This document shows, one piece after another, positions 9,616 to 18,769 of a DNA stretch of 64,000 nt. The DNA is from Parachlamydiales bacterium (lineage in GTDB: Bacteria > Chlamydiota > Chlamydiia > Chlamydiales > Rhabdochlamydiaceae): positions 1,536,001-1,600,000 of the forward strand of contig OY970065.1 in the NCBI GenBank assembly GCA_963705295.1, read 5' to 3'. Both the position numbers and the translations under genes were made by a program. The notes beneath the pieces are model-generated. The model searched no databases, was not told where the DNA came from, and was given only the letters and a program-made list of their open reading frames with translations. Each line of letters opens with the position of its first letter. Position 1 is the first letter of the stretch.

Positions 9616-10914
9616 TCATCCTTTCTTCTTGAGTAAATAATTAAGAACATGTTTGGACATTAAAAGCAATTCATGAAAGGTTGTTTTTACGAGAAATAGT
9701 AAGAGCTGAAAGTTTCTTTTAAATATAAGCCTAAAAAAGAAAAGCGAAATACTAGCGAGAATTTGAAAAGACCTAAGCACTTGAAAGGTCCAAAGACGAG
9801 CTTTATGATCCAATAGAAGTCTAGCACATTCAAGGTGCTCATGCATTATCGCATAATGCAGAGGCGAAAGGTTATTTTTTACTGCATCATTTGGGTCAGC
9901 TCCCCTTTCTAAAAGGAGCCTCGCAGATTCAAGGTGTCCTTCCATGACAGCAGCATGCAGGGGCGAAAGCCCTCTTTTATCAATGTTAGGATTGGCGCCC
10001 CTATCTAAAAGAAGCCTACTAGAATCTAAATCTCCAAAAAATGCTGCATAAAACAAATGGTTTGGCCTACCAAGACTGGGATCCGCCCCTCTGTCTAAGA
10101 GAAAGTTGGCATATTCAAGTTGTTTTAAAGATAATACATGATGCAATGGAGGAAATTCCAATAAGACTCCATTATCGTGAATATTATGAGAAGACATAGC
10201 ATCGGGATTAGCATATTCATTTAGTAAGTCTATAGCAATTTTACTTTCCCTTCTTAAGTCTTCTGAAAGATAGAGAATTATTTTATTATTATTCGTAATC
10301 ATTATATCAGGGATACTACATCCCTCTGCTCTTATAAATCGAAGAGAAGACGCGCATATCCTCTTCAGTGTTTTACAATCTGACATATCGAGGTGTATGA
10401 CAGTGGGTGGAAGTTTTAAACACGAAATTTCATTGCAATCATTCACGATTACACTGCACAGGGAAGATGACATCGGAATGCACTTGCCCGAAATATTCGA
10501 GCAGATTATTTCAAGCACTTTTAAAGTAGATATTTTTTCTAAGACTTTTGCAAAAGCGAGTTCATCCTCTTGTTGTTCAACAAAGCCTCCCCTAAGTGTA
10601 ATCTTTATTATTTTTCTTAAATACCCGGCTAGAAACAGATTATCCAAATATCGTGATATTCTGACATATGACCCCTTTGTCCAAATGACTTGCACAGCAT
10701 TGGGAGGAAAACGTTTTTGAAAGAAAAAAAGCTTGATGTCGTCAATTTCACCAGAAAAACGAACCACGGAGATTCTATTTCTTACTATTTTATTAAATTG
10801 TTGACAGACTAAGGCACATTTTTCACGCGTGAAAGGATCAACCTTTGCAAGAATAATTCCCCAAACATCCGAATGGAGAGACTGACATTGGGTATTAAGG
10901 AACCTAATCGACAT
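9616..10914 (-). CDS. F-box + LRR + ankyrin repeat protein with hydrophobic C-tail (putative effector; alternative start 10968)
   Basis: LHSDVWGIILAKV..CALVCQQFNKIV; LRR-like middle; SPLHAAVMEGHLESARLLLERGADPN repeats. Confidence 0.85.
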   Translation of the reverse strand: MSIRFLNTQCQSLHSDVWGIILAKVDPFTREKCALVCQQFNKIVRNRISVVRFSGEIDDIKLFFFQKRFPPNAVQVIWTKGSYVRISRYLDNLFLAGYLRKIIKITLRGGFVEQQEDELAFAKVLEKISTLKVLEIICSNISGKCIPMSSSLCSVIVNDCNEISCLKLPPTVIHLDMSDCKTLKRICASSLRFIRAEGCSIPDIMITNNNKIILYLSEDLRRESKIAIDLLNEYANPDAMSSHNIHDNGVLLEFPPLHHVLSLKQLEYANFLLDRGADPSLGRPNHLFYAAFFGDLDSSRLLLDRGANPNIDKRGLSPLHAAVMEGHLESARLLLERGADPNDAVKNNLSPLHYAIMHEHLECARLLLDHKARLWTFQVLRSFQILASISLFFFRLIFKRNFQLLLFLVKTTFHELLLMSKHVLNYLLKKKG

Positions 10915-11037
10915 AAATAGTTTGAAGAGTCTCCCCGACTTTCCATAATGAGGATAAAGGAGTGTCATTTAATAAACAATTTTATTAATTTTTAACGAAA
11001 AAAGAATTTCGAAGTTTAAAACTGACGCATGATCCAT

Positions 11038-11087
11038 GACTTCGACCTAGAAATCCTCAGCTCTGATACCACTCCGAAGAGTCTTAA
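11038..11087 (+). repeat. Degenerate direct repeat of tlyC 3' end (9529-9612)
   Basis: 27/29 match to 9529-9557 and 18/20 match to 9593-9612, with a 34-nt internal deletion. Confidence 0.88.
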
Positions 11088-11100
11088 CCCCAAGTACTTG

Positions 11101-11154
11101 CAAAAACAACCTGTTCTTTTTGCGAGCAGCCCTCAAAAACAACCGGTTGTTTTG
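11101..11154. promoter_or_regulatory. Tandem palindromic operator-like sites
   Basis: Perfect palindrome AAAACAACCGGTTGTTTT (11136-11153) plus imperfect copy at 11101-11122. Confidence 0.45.
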
Positions 11155-11209
11155 TTGACTTCAGGCAAGATATATCAATATCTTTTTAACGGATCGGTGA
11201 TAAGCCTAG

Positions 11210-11376
11210 TTATTAACGGGGCTGGTAAACAAGTGACAAGATGCTCGGCGAGGCAAAGCCAGATTGATTCTCGCGAGGAATAACATTCTTGAATACGAAG
11301 GATTCCGAGCGAGAATCGATTTGGCGAAGCCGCAGCAAGCAGGTTGTCACTTGTTTTTTACCAGCCCCGTTAATAA
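11210..11376. mobile_element. MITE/ERIC-like palindromic element family A, copy 1
   Basis: TIR TTATTAACGGGGCTGGTAAACAAGTGACAA; core shared with 27583, 29212 and 48892. Confidence 0.9.
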
Positions 11377-12321
11377 TTTTGTAAGATCGGTGGGAACAGA
11401 AGTGAGTGGATTATGAAGAAGATTGAGTCTTTCTAAATTTGTAAGATAAAGAATATCCACCGGAATTTCTGAGATGAAATTTTCTTGTAAATGGAGTTCT
11501 TTTAACTGAACAAGGCTGCTGAGTCGTGTAGGAAAAGAGGAAATTTTATTGCCCATTAATGATAACGAAGTTAGGGAGGATAATGCACAAAAAGATTCTG
11601 AAAATGAAGCCAATGCTGTTCTACTGAAATTGAGATATCTAAGTCTTGTCAATTGGAATATTTTATCGGGTAACACTTCAAAAGGAGTTCTTTGAATACT
11701 GAGACGAGTTAATTGCACTAAGCTACAAACCCAAAGAGGAAATTGAGCTAACGAATTCAGGATCAACTCATGGACCTGTGTTAATCGACTCATGGAATCG
11801 GGAAATGTCATGGGTCCAACAATCGTGACCTCTTCTAAATGTGTTAAAGAACCGATTTCAGATGGTAAAAATGGAAATTTTGGCTCCCAAACATAGAATT
11901 TTTGGACTAAAGAAAGATCAAGACCCGACTTTAAGTTATCTCTGAACTGCTGTGGCTGGATGGGATTATATTTAGAAACAACCGCTGTCATCCATTCTAA
12001 AGCAGGTGTTTCAACAACCCTAAGTGCTTCAAAAAATTGTCTTGTGTTGAGTCGAACAGGGAAAACCATTTCTCGAATTAAAGATCTCCAAAAGATCCCC
12101 ATCACTTGAAAATAGGTTTGATTTTGGGCTGGTTCTTTTAGAAAAACCCTGATTGCAGGATGATCGGCCTGAGAAGCTCGAAGAACCCGGTAACACTCAG
12201 CAGATACCTCTTCAAATATCCGCTGGAAGCATCGACAAACTTGCCGATATTGAGGATCACCGACATACCCTAGAAGGTGCGTTAAAACCTCATCGGGTAG
12301 ATCGGTGATGCGGATCGTCAT
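11347..12321 (-). CDS. F-box + leucine-rich repeat protein (putative effector)
   Basis: ITDLPDEVLTHLL..VCRCFQRI; LxxLxLxxNxIxxLP repeats; stop lies inside MITE A1. Confidence 0.9.
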   Translation of the reverse strand: MTIRITDLPDEVLTHLLGYVGDPQYRQVCRCFQRIFEEVSAECYRVLRASQADHPAIRVFLKEPAQNQTYFQVMGIFWRSLIREMVFPVRLNTRQFFEALRVVETPALEWMTAVVSKYNPIQPQQFRDNLKSGLDLSLVQKFYVWEPKFPFLPSEIGSLTHLEEVTIVGPMTFPDSMSRLTQVHELILNSLAQFPLWVCSLVQLTRLSIQRTPFEVLPDKIFQLTRLRYLNFSRTALASFSESFCALSSLTSLSLMGNKISSFPTRLSSLVQLKELHLQENFISEIPVDILYLTNLERLNLLHNPLTSVPTDLTKLLTGLVKNK

Positions 12322-13304
12322 TCAATTTTAGAAAGTTCAAAAGTCTGAGCAAATGAAACAGTCACTTCGTCGCCTTCTTGAGAATCGATTTTGAAGGTTC
12401 TTTCTGTGGTCAGGGTCCCAAGGAGGGTCCTTAACATTTCTGGCTTATCATCATCGATCTCTTCCCGCAGATAGAGAGGATAAACTTCGTCGGTCACAGT
12501 TAAACTCTTTTGAGTTGTTGAATAACTGATGGAAGGAATTTGACCATATTGGAAAGGTTTTCCAAGACCGAGACCTCCCTCTGGGAGAATTTCTTCAGGA
12601 ACGTTTCCAACAGGTTTATTTTCAGATCCCAACACTATTAAAAAGGCGGCGAGAAGGACAGCATTTTCTTCTATTTCTCTACCTTTGTTCCCTTTTGCAC
12701 AATCTTTGAACCGTTCCCACGGATCTTCATAATCGTGGTTGGGTAAAACTCGGTTAACAAAGTGCCGGACAATTGTTGTTTTATAGTCTTCTGTTTTTCT
12801 CTTTGGAATACCTGGAATTTGATAAGGGAAATCGCCTTCTGCAAAAATCTCTTTGTTATAAATACTTTCTTTAAGATGAAAGACTGAAAAAGTCATTGTC
12901 CCTACTCTGACTCTTTCATGATCAATTTTTCTTTTCGCTGTATCAATCTGTCCACTGGCACCGAAGCGGATTCCGTTGTCTTCTGCACGGTAGGCATCTA
13001 AGGCCCGTTTCTTAAGATCGATTCCATCTTTAAGACAGATATAAGCGAGGGTAAGAAAAAAGACTGCTCCTACGAAAAATAATAATGGACAGCAGCAGAG
13101 TCCTGCGATAGCTAGACCACCCACTGCAGCACAAGCTACACCAGCCACTCCTGTGATCACTGCTGCATCGAAATAGTACTGGTGGTTAAGTGAAACGAGC
13201 TTGAGTTTCTCTTGAGCGGTTTTCGTGATCCGCTCTTCTCTCTCATTTCGAGGTGAAGAATCAGAATTGAGTCTTAAATTCTCTCTAACTGCTGCTAACG
13301 ACAT
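12318..13304 (-). CDS. Inc-like protein with bilobed hydrophobic domain, paralogue of 13309-14247
   Basis: ~45-aa hydrophobic hairpin near N-terminus; shared ERFKDC..GN.G.E..E.A..L.AFL..LG block. Confidence 0.75.
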   Translation of the reverse strand: MSLAAVRENLRLNSDSSPRNEREERITKTAQEKLKLVSLNHQYYFDAAVITGVAGVACAAVGGLAIAGLCCCPLLFFVGAVFFLTLAYICLKDGIDLKKRALDAYRAEDNGIRFGASGQIDTAKRKIDHERVRVGTMTFSVFHLKESIYNKEIFAEGDFPYQIPGIPKRKTEDYKTTIVRHFVNRVLPNHDYEDPWERFKDCAKGNKGREIEENAVLLAAFLIVLGSENKPVGNVPEEILPEGGLGLGKPFQYGQIPSISYSTTQKSLTVTDEVYPLYLREEIDDDKPEMLRTLLGTLTTERTFKIDSQEGDEVTVSFAQTFELSKIE

Positions 13305-13308
13305 TGGA

Positions 13309-14247
13309 TTACCTATAAAATGTTCTTGTTATATTAATTTTAACACCCTCGGGTGTATGAGGAGAAACTGTAATAGTTCGTGATGTGAGATATTTAGCAA
13401 TATACGGATTTTTATTGAGCCCATAAGCTTCGCGAGAAACGTGAAACTCTGCTGCTCCTTTCCCATCGGGCATTTTCTCAATGGTAACCATTCCTGGATC
13501 CAATTGCTCCTCGACAATACCACCCTGTGCAGCGAGAGTTTCATTCAGTCTCGCGGGAAGGGGTTCATCACCATCGCCTAGCATCACTAAGAAGGCGCTC
13601 AGTTGAAACGCTTTCTCTTGAAGTTCTGCTCCATGATTTCCTGCAATACATTCCTTGAATCTTTCGAGAGCATCTTGATTGCTTACGCCGAGTATATTCG
13701 AAACAAAGTAAGGTAAAAAGGATTGATCGTTAAGAGGAATTTCTGTTCCTAAGATTTCACATGGACGAGTAACATGAGCTTCAACGAATCTATTCTTATC
13801 GACAAATTTCACAAGTTCGGAGGTCGAATAGGTCTTTTCGGATGCTATAGCTTCATCTGATTTTAAATAGTCATCGGCTGTTTTTCGGACGGCGTTATTG
13901 TCTTGGGGATTTGCTTGAAGTTTCTGAATATGACTGGAGTCTTCCTGACAGTTCTTTTCAGAGAGGTAGGTGAAAACTGCTGCAACAAGGCACCCAAATA
14001 AGAACCCTGCGGCGACGACTAAAAAGAGAGGATTGAGCGTAGCTGCTCCTGCTCCTGCAGAAACCAGTGCAAGGATTAGGCAACCCTTTGATATATCGGC
14101 ACATCGATTTTTTAACGACCGATTTAGTTGAAGGGAGTCCCTCAATTCTCCGAGCTGCCTATGTGCGACATCAGAGACGGGGCTACCGGGCTCAGTTTGA
14201 GAAGACACAGTGACTTGCGAATTATTACTATCTATTATTATTGACAT
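13309..14247 (-). CDS. Inc-like protein with bilobed hydrophobic domain
   Basis: Start MSIIIDSNNS; GCLILALVSAGAGAATLNPLFLVVAAGFLFGCLVAAVF; paralogous to neighbour. Confidence 0.75.
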   Translation of the reverse strand: MSIIIDSNNSQVTVSSQTEPGSPVSDVAHRQLGELRDSLQLNRSLKNRCADISKGCLILALVSAGAGAATLNPLFLVVAAGFLFGCLVAAVFTYLSEKNCQEDSSHIQKLQANPQDNNAVRKTADDYLKSDEAIASEKTYSTSELVKFVDKNRFVEAHVTRPCEILGTEIPLNDQSFLPYFVSNILGVSNQDALERFKECIAGNHGAELQEKAFQLSAFLVMLGDGDEPLPARLNETLAAQGGIVEEQLDPGMVTIEKMPDGKGAAEFHVSREAYGLNKNPYIAKYLTSRTITVSPHTPEGVKINITRTFYR

Positions 14248-14383
14248 ACTGTTTATAATACTAAATATTATAATATAATTCAAGTAATTATTATAATTAA
14301 TTGGATATAAAGGCATTAGACCAAAGAAAATTGTTGACAATTCTTTTGCAAAATCCTTATAGCAAAGGAAAAGGGTCATAGGC

Positions 14384-15622
14384 ATGGCAATCCAACCTGA
14401 TTTTATGGTTCGTAAGAAGAGGATTTTGGTTTTAGTCAGTCGCGGAGGGGGCGGGCATAAAACGGCTGCTGATTCGTTAAAACAGGTCTTGGGGGACGAT
14501 TATGAGATCGAGATCAATTGGGTGATTGCCGATATTTTAAGATCGCTCGATGCGTTGAATCGGCTCACCTTCGGCTCTTATACAGGGGAAGATTTATATA
14601 ATCTCCTCTTGAAGCGGCACCTGAATAAATGTCTTGAGTGGATGATGCAGGTTGGGAAATTTTTCATGCGCTCAGACAAGGTTGAAAGGGCGTTCGAGCA
14701 GTATTTAAGCGAACAATTTCCCCTTCCTGATCTCATTATCTCACCGACGCCTTATATCAATTATGGTATCGCCTGTGCAGCCCACCGGTGGAATATACCC
14801 TTTCTCATCGTGCCAACCGATCTCGACGGGTCTTCATTTCTACTCGGTTTCCCTAGAGAGCACTTGTCTGACGATTTTAAAATTGCGATGGCCTACAACG
14901 ATCCCCATCTTGTCGAAACGACCCTTCAAAATATGGCTCTTCGGGAAGATCAATATGCAATCACGGGGTTTCCTGTCAGGCCGGCGTGTCTGAGAAAATA
15001 CTCCGAAGATGAGCTGAAATCGATCCGTGCCAAATTTTATCTGTTTGAGTCGCATAAAACCGCGACATTGGTCATGGGCGCGGTCGGCAGCAATCTGATT
15101 TACGAACATGTGCGCGTGATGAGCCAGCTTGACCCGAGGTCGCACCATCTTCAACTCCAAATGAATATTTGTGTGGGACAGAACCAACGGATGGGGAAGA
15201 AAATACGGAAGTTACTCCTCAATAGAGGTGCAAAATTTCTCGGTAAACATACGTTTTTGCTTCCGTCGGGACTGGTCATGCACATCCGAGGGTTCACCAA
15301 AGATATCATTGAATTGATGGCGGCATCTGATCTCATCATCACAAAGACCGGTTCTTGCACTGTCAATGAAGCGATTTATTTAGAAAAAAAACTTCTTCTC
15401 GATAATACAAAGCGGTCGAGCGCGCGGCATCTCTCATGGGAGAAATTCAATATCCCGTTTGTCGAGAAAAATGGATTTGGCTACGGATTTACCCATAGCA
15501 AACAACTCTTGATGCTCATTCCTTCTCTTTTAAAGTACCCTGATAGGCCTAAAAAAGACCTCGAGCTTCCTAACTTCGAGGAAAATATCGTGAGGCTCGT
15601 GAAACAGATGATCGGTTCATGA
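14384..15622 (+). CDS. GT28 / MGDG-synthase-like glycosyltransferase
   Basis: SRGGGGHKTAA, VPTDL, TGFPVRP, ELMAASDLIITKTGSCTVNEA. Confidence 0.88.
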   Translation: MAIQPDFMVRKKRILVLVSRGGGGHKTAADSLKQVLGDDYEIEINWVIADILRSLDALNRLTFGSYTGEDLYNLLLKRHLNKCLEWMMQVGKFFMRSDKVERAFEQYLSEQFPLPDLIISPTPYINYGIACAAHRWNIPFLIVPTDLDGSSFLLGFPREHLSDDFKIAMAYNDPHLVETTLQNMALREDQYAITGFPVRPACLRKYSEDELKSIRAKFYLFESHKTATLVMGAVGSNLIYEHVRVMSQLDPRSHHLQLQMNICVGQNQRMGKKIRKLLLNRGAKFLGKHTFLLPSGLVMHIRGFTKDIIELMAASDLIITKTGSCTVNEAIYLEKKLLLDNTKRSSARHLSWEKFNIPFVEKNGFGYGFTHSKQLLMLIPSLLKYPDRPKKDLELPNFEENIVRLVKQMIGS

Positions 15623-16210
15623 AAAGACTCCTTTCCTGAGGAGCTCGTGGCGGACTTGGTTCGGATTTTGGGCGATAATCCCCTCAATTCCAAATTTTGA
15701 TGCGGCATGGACGTTTTCTTCTCGATTGTCGATAAAGATCGACTCGGGACCGTAAAGCCGGTATTTCGCAAGGAGGGCTTCATAGATTTGGGGCTGTGGC
15801 TTGATCGCTCCGATCTCATAAGAATAGACATGCCCATCTGAATACTTGAAAAAGTCGTGAAGGTCGAGGAGCTCTAGATGCATTTCCCGAGGCATATTCG
15901 AGAGAATGTAAACTCGGTATCCCATCCGGCGGACATCATGGAAGAGCTCGATCATCCCCGGAATTGGTTTTAGATTAGGTGCTAGCTTATTGATACAATG
16001 AGAAAAAACCTCTTTATCATAGTGCTGCGGCAGCTTTTTCAACACCTCTTCGCGGGTGAGCAATCCCCCATCATGGCATGCCCATAAAAGAGAATGAAAA
16101 ACCTCCGTGAAATGTGGCGGCAGCTCCAGCTCTTGCAAAAATGCCGGCGGATCCCACTCGATCATCACCCCGCCTAAATCAAAAATGATATTCTTGTATT
16201 TCCCTTCCAT
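15617..16210 (-). CDS. HAD superfamily phosphatase
   Basis: IIFDLGGV, ILSN, KPQPQIY, FIDNREENV. Confidence 0.93.
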   Translation of the reverse strand: MEGKYKNIIFDLGGVMIEWDPPAFLQELELPPHFTEVFHSLLWACHDGGLLTREEVLKKLPQHYDKEVFSHCINKLAPNLKPIPGMIELFHDVRRMGYRVYILSNMPREMHLELLDLHDFFKYSDGHVYSYEIGAIKPQPQIYEALLAKYRLYGPESIFIDNREENVHAASKFGIEGIIAQNPNQVRHELLRKGVFS

Positions 16211-16313
16211 TCCTCCAGAATTTACCAAAAACAGCCCCAGGATATCAATGTAAATAAAAATTTGAATTTATTGGTTTTAATTAACTTTTTTAGTATAATT
16301 TTGTACATTAATT

Positions 16314-18752
16314 ATGGCATCGCCCGTTTATTACAGAAATTCTTCGCATATTGATATTAACCAAAAAAGAAAAGGTGGGTTGACCCCCCTTCATCTAGCC
16401 ATTCAACGCAATAGCCGCAGCGAGGTCGATACGCTGCTAAAACAAGGTGGAAATCCCCTTGCCTTGACCGATGGGGGCGATTCTTGCCTCCACCTCTGTT
16501 TGAAAGAAGGTCGTATCGACTTAGCGATCCATCTTCTGTATACGCTAGAAGGCGAAACCGTGACGAACCTCGCAGGGCTTAAAAATAAGGCTGGATACAG
16601 CCCTCTTTATTTAGCCGCAAAGGCGGGTGAGACTGCGCTCGTGAAGGCGATCTTATTGAGAGGAAATCCAGAGATGAAGGGAGAGACTGCCCTTCACGCT
16701 GCTGCAGAGGCGGGTCATGCAGAGATTGTTTATTTACTCTGCACCACACCTGGCATTGAGGTCGATCGTTTGAATGGAGAAGGATATTCGGCTCTTTTTC
16801 TGGCGGTAAAAAATAAACGGCGCGATGCTGTCTCCGCGATGATGTCGTTTTCCCGTGCTTCGATTTTTCTACAAAATGGGAAAGAGGGAACTACGGCTTT
16901 CCATGAGGCCGCTAGACTTGGAGAAGAGTATATTCTCCAACAATTTTGTGGCCGAACGGGTCTTGTCGACATTAAAGATAAAAAAGAGTTTACCCCTCTA
17001 GCTGTTGCGGTCATCCACCGGCATGAGAGGGTGGTAAAATTACTCGTAGCTGCGGGGGCGAAGCTCGATGCTGCAAACGGACCCACCGGAGAAACAGCTC
17101 TTCATCTGGCCGCCCTCAATGGAAATGTTGCTATGATTGGTTTTCTCTGCAGGATCCCTGGAATTCAACTAGAAGCTAGAAATAAAGCGTATTTTACACC
17201 GCTTGGCTGCGCGATTGAAAATGGACATATTCCAGCGATCGATGCTCTAAAATCTGCGGGAGCGGATCTTTATGCTTCTTGTGGATTGGACGGACATTCG
17301 CCGCTCCACCGAGCCGCCTTTTTAGGTCGTGCCGAAATCATCACACTTCTGTGTCAAAAATACGGAGTTCCTGTCGATAGCAAAGCTAAAGTTCGTAAAG
17401 AACTTTGCGTCGATTCAGCAGGACCTTCATTTTCCGAGGTCCAAAAGAAATATAAAGAAATGGGGATCAAGATCGATGGAAACGACACGGAATTCACCCC
17501 GCTCTATCTTGCAGCCGAACGAGGTCATACAGAGGCTGTCGACGCCTTATTGAAAGCGGGTGCAGATGTCAATGCAACGAATGGACCTTTCAAAAACACG
17601 GCTCTTACGATAGCCGTTGCAAGAAATCTTGTTCGGACCGTCGAAAGACTCTGCCGTGCACCAAACATCAAACTCGATTACGAAACAGTCGAGGAATATT
17701 CGGCTCCCATGATGGCTATTGCAGAGGAATTTTTGGACGTTCTCGATCTTCTTCTGAAAGCAGGTGCAGACGTCAATTATTATACTCCTAGGAATAAGAG
17801 ATCGCTTTTGCATCATGCTGTAGGGGTTCACAGTTTGCCCATTGTTAGACGGCTTCTTTTAGATCGTCGGATCACCCTGAATCCTCGAGATATCGTAAAT
17901 TATACCCCTCTTTATTATGCCGTTGAAGAAGGGCTTGTGGATATCGTAGAAGCGCTCCTTTCCGGCGGAGCCGATCCGAATGAAACCTTCGATAGGCAAG
18001 CGTACACAGTTCTACACTTTGCTGTCTTAAAAGATTCATTACCGGTTGTTATGAAGCTTTGCTCAGACACAAGAACGATCATTCATAAAAAAGGGGCCGA
18101 TCAAAGAACGGCTCTGGATATTGCGAAGAGTCTTAAAAGAACCTCTATAGAAACCTATCTCCGCCAAAAAATGGCTTCCGATTTTAAAAAAGCGGTTGAT
18201 CTTGGAGATGCAGCCATCCGAAGTCAAGATTATGAAACCGCCAAAAAACATTTCCAAGGAGCCAAAGATTTAGATCCGACCCATCCCATCCCAGATCTTG
18301 GGCTTGGAATTGTTGCTGAAAAGCAAGGCGATCCAACAGCTGCCAAAAAACACTTTCTTTTCCATCTACAATTCATCCCTAGATCAGAGCGTGCTCTCAT
18401 CGGACTCGGAAAGATTGCTTCCGATCTTAAAGAGTACGCAGCTGCTCACCAATATTTCGAGAGAGCTTTAGCCATCGACTCTAAATCTCTTCACGCCCTT
18501 TGGGGAATGGGCTCTGTTGCCGAGCATCAAAAAAATATCGATCTTGCTGTGCAGTGTTTCGAAAAGATTATCGGTATCGATCCGAATCATTCTTACTCGT
18601 ATTATCGGTTAGCACAACTGGCAGAAGCCAAAGGCGAAAAAGAAAAAGCAAAAGACTATTTTACGAAGGGAGTCATCTGCTCTGCACAAAATTTCGGAGA
18701 CAATTTTGAAATCCATATCTCAAGTGTTGATTTAAACCCTAAGAAAAAGTAA
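16314..18752 (+). CDS. Ankyrin repeat + C-terminal TPR protein (putative effector)
   Basis: Many TPLHLA-type repeats, then TPRs (ALIGLGKIA, ALWGMGSVA). Confidence 0.92.
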   Translation: MASPVYYRNSSHIDINQKRKGGLTPLHLAIQRNSRSEVDTLLKQGGNPLALTDGGDSCLHLCLKEGRIDLAIHLLYTLEGETVTNLAGLKNKAGYSPLYLAAKAGETALVKAILLRGNPEMKGETALHAAAEAGHAEIVYLLCTTPGIEVDRLNGEGYSALFLAVKNKRRDAVSAMMSFSRASIFLQNGKEGTTAFHEAARLGEEYILQQFCGRTGLVDIKDKKEFTPLAVAVIHRHERVVKLLVAAGAKLDAANGPTGETALHLAALNGNVAMIGFLCRIPGIQLEARNKAYFTPLGCAIENGHIPAIDALKSAGADLYASCGLDGHSPLHRAAFLGRAEIITLLCQKYGVPVDSKAKVRKELCVDSAGPSFSEVQKKYKEMGIKIDGNDTEFTPLYLAAERGHTEAVDALLKAGADVNATNGPFKNTALTIAVARNLVRTVERLCRAPNIKLDYETVEEYSAPMMAIAEEFLDVLDLLLKAGADVNYYTPRNKRSLLHHAVGVHSLPIVRRLLLDRRITLNPRDIVNYTPLYYAVEEGLVDIVEALLSGGADPNETFDRQAYTVLHFAVLKDSLPVVMKLCSDTRTIIHKKGADQRTALDIAKSLKRTSIETYLRQKMASDFKKAVDLGDAAIRSQDYETAKKHFQGAKDLDPTHPIPDLGLGIVAEKQGDPTAAKKHFLFHLQFIPRSERALIGLGKIASDLKEYAAAHQYFERALAIDSKSLHALWGMGSVAEHQKNIDLAVQCFEKIIGIDPNHSYSYYRLAQLAEAKGEKEKAKDYFTKGVICSAQNFGDNFEIHISSVDLNPKKK

Positions 18753-18754
18753 AA
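18726..18754 (+). repeat. 29-bp direct repeat, left copy (pairs with 21681-21709)
   Basis: GTTGATTTAAACCCTAAGAAAAAGTAAAA vs GTTGACTTAAACCCCAAGAAAAAGTAAAA, 27/29. Confidence 0.85.
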
Positions 18755-18769
18755 CCTTCTCTTAATCTA

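Noticed and set aside
11029..11283. 84-aa ORF starting with tlyC-like HDFDLEILSSD
   Set aside because: Chimera of the duplicated tlyC end, intergenic DNA and element A1; not a credible gene
14248..14385. 46-aa N-terminal extension of the 13309 ORF
   Set aside because: AT-rich promoter DNA (Asn/Ile/Tyr-rich); ATG 14247 fits better
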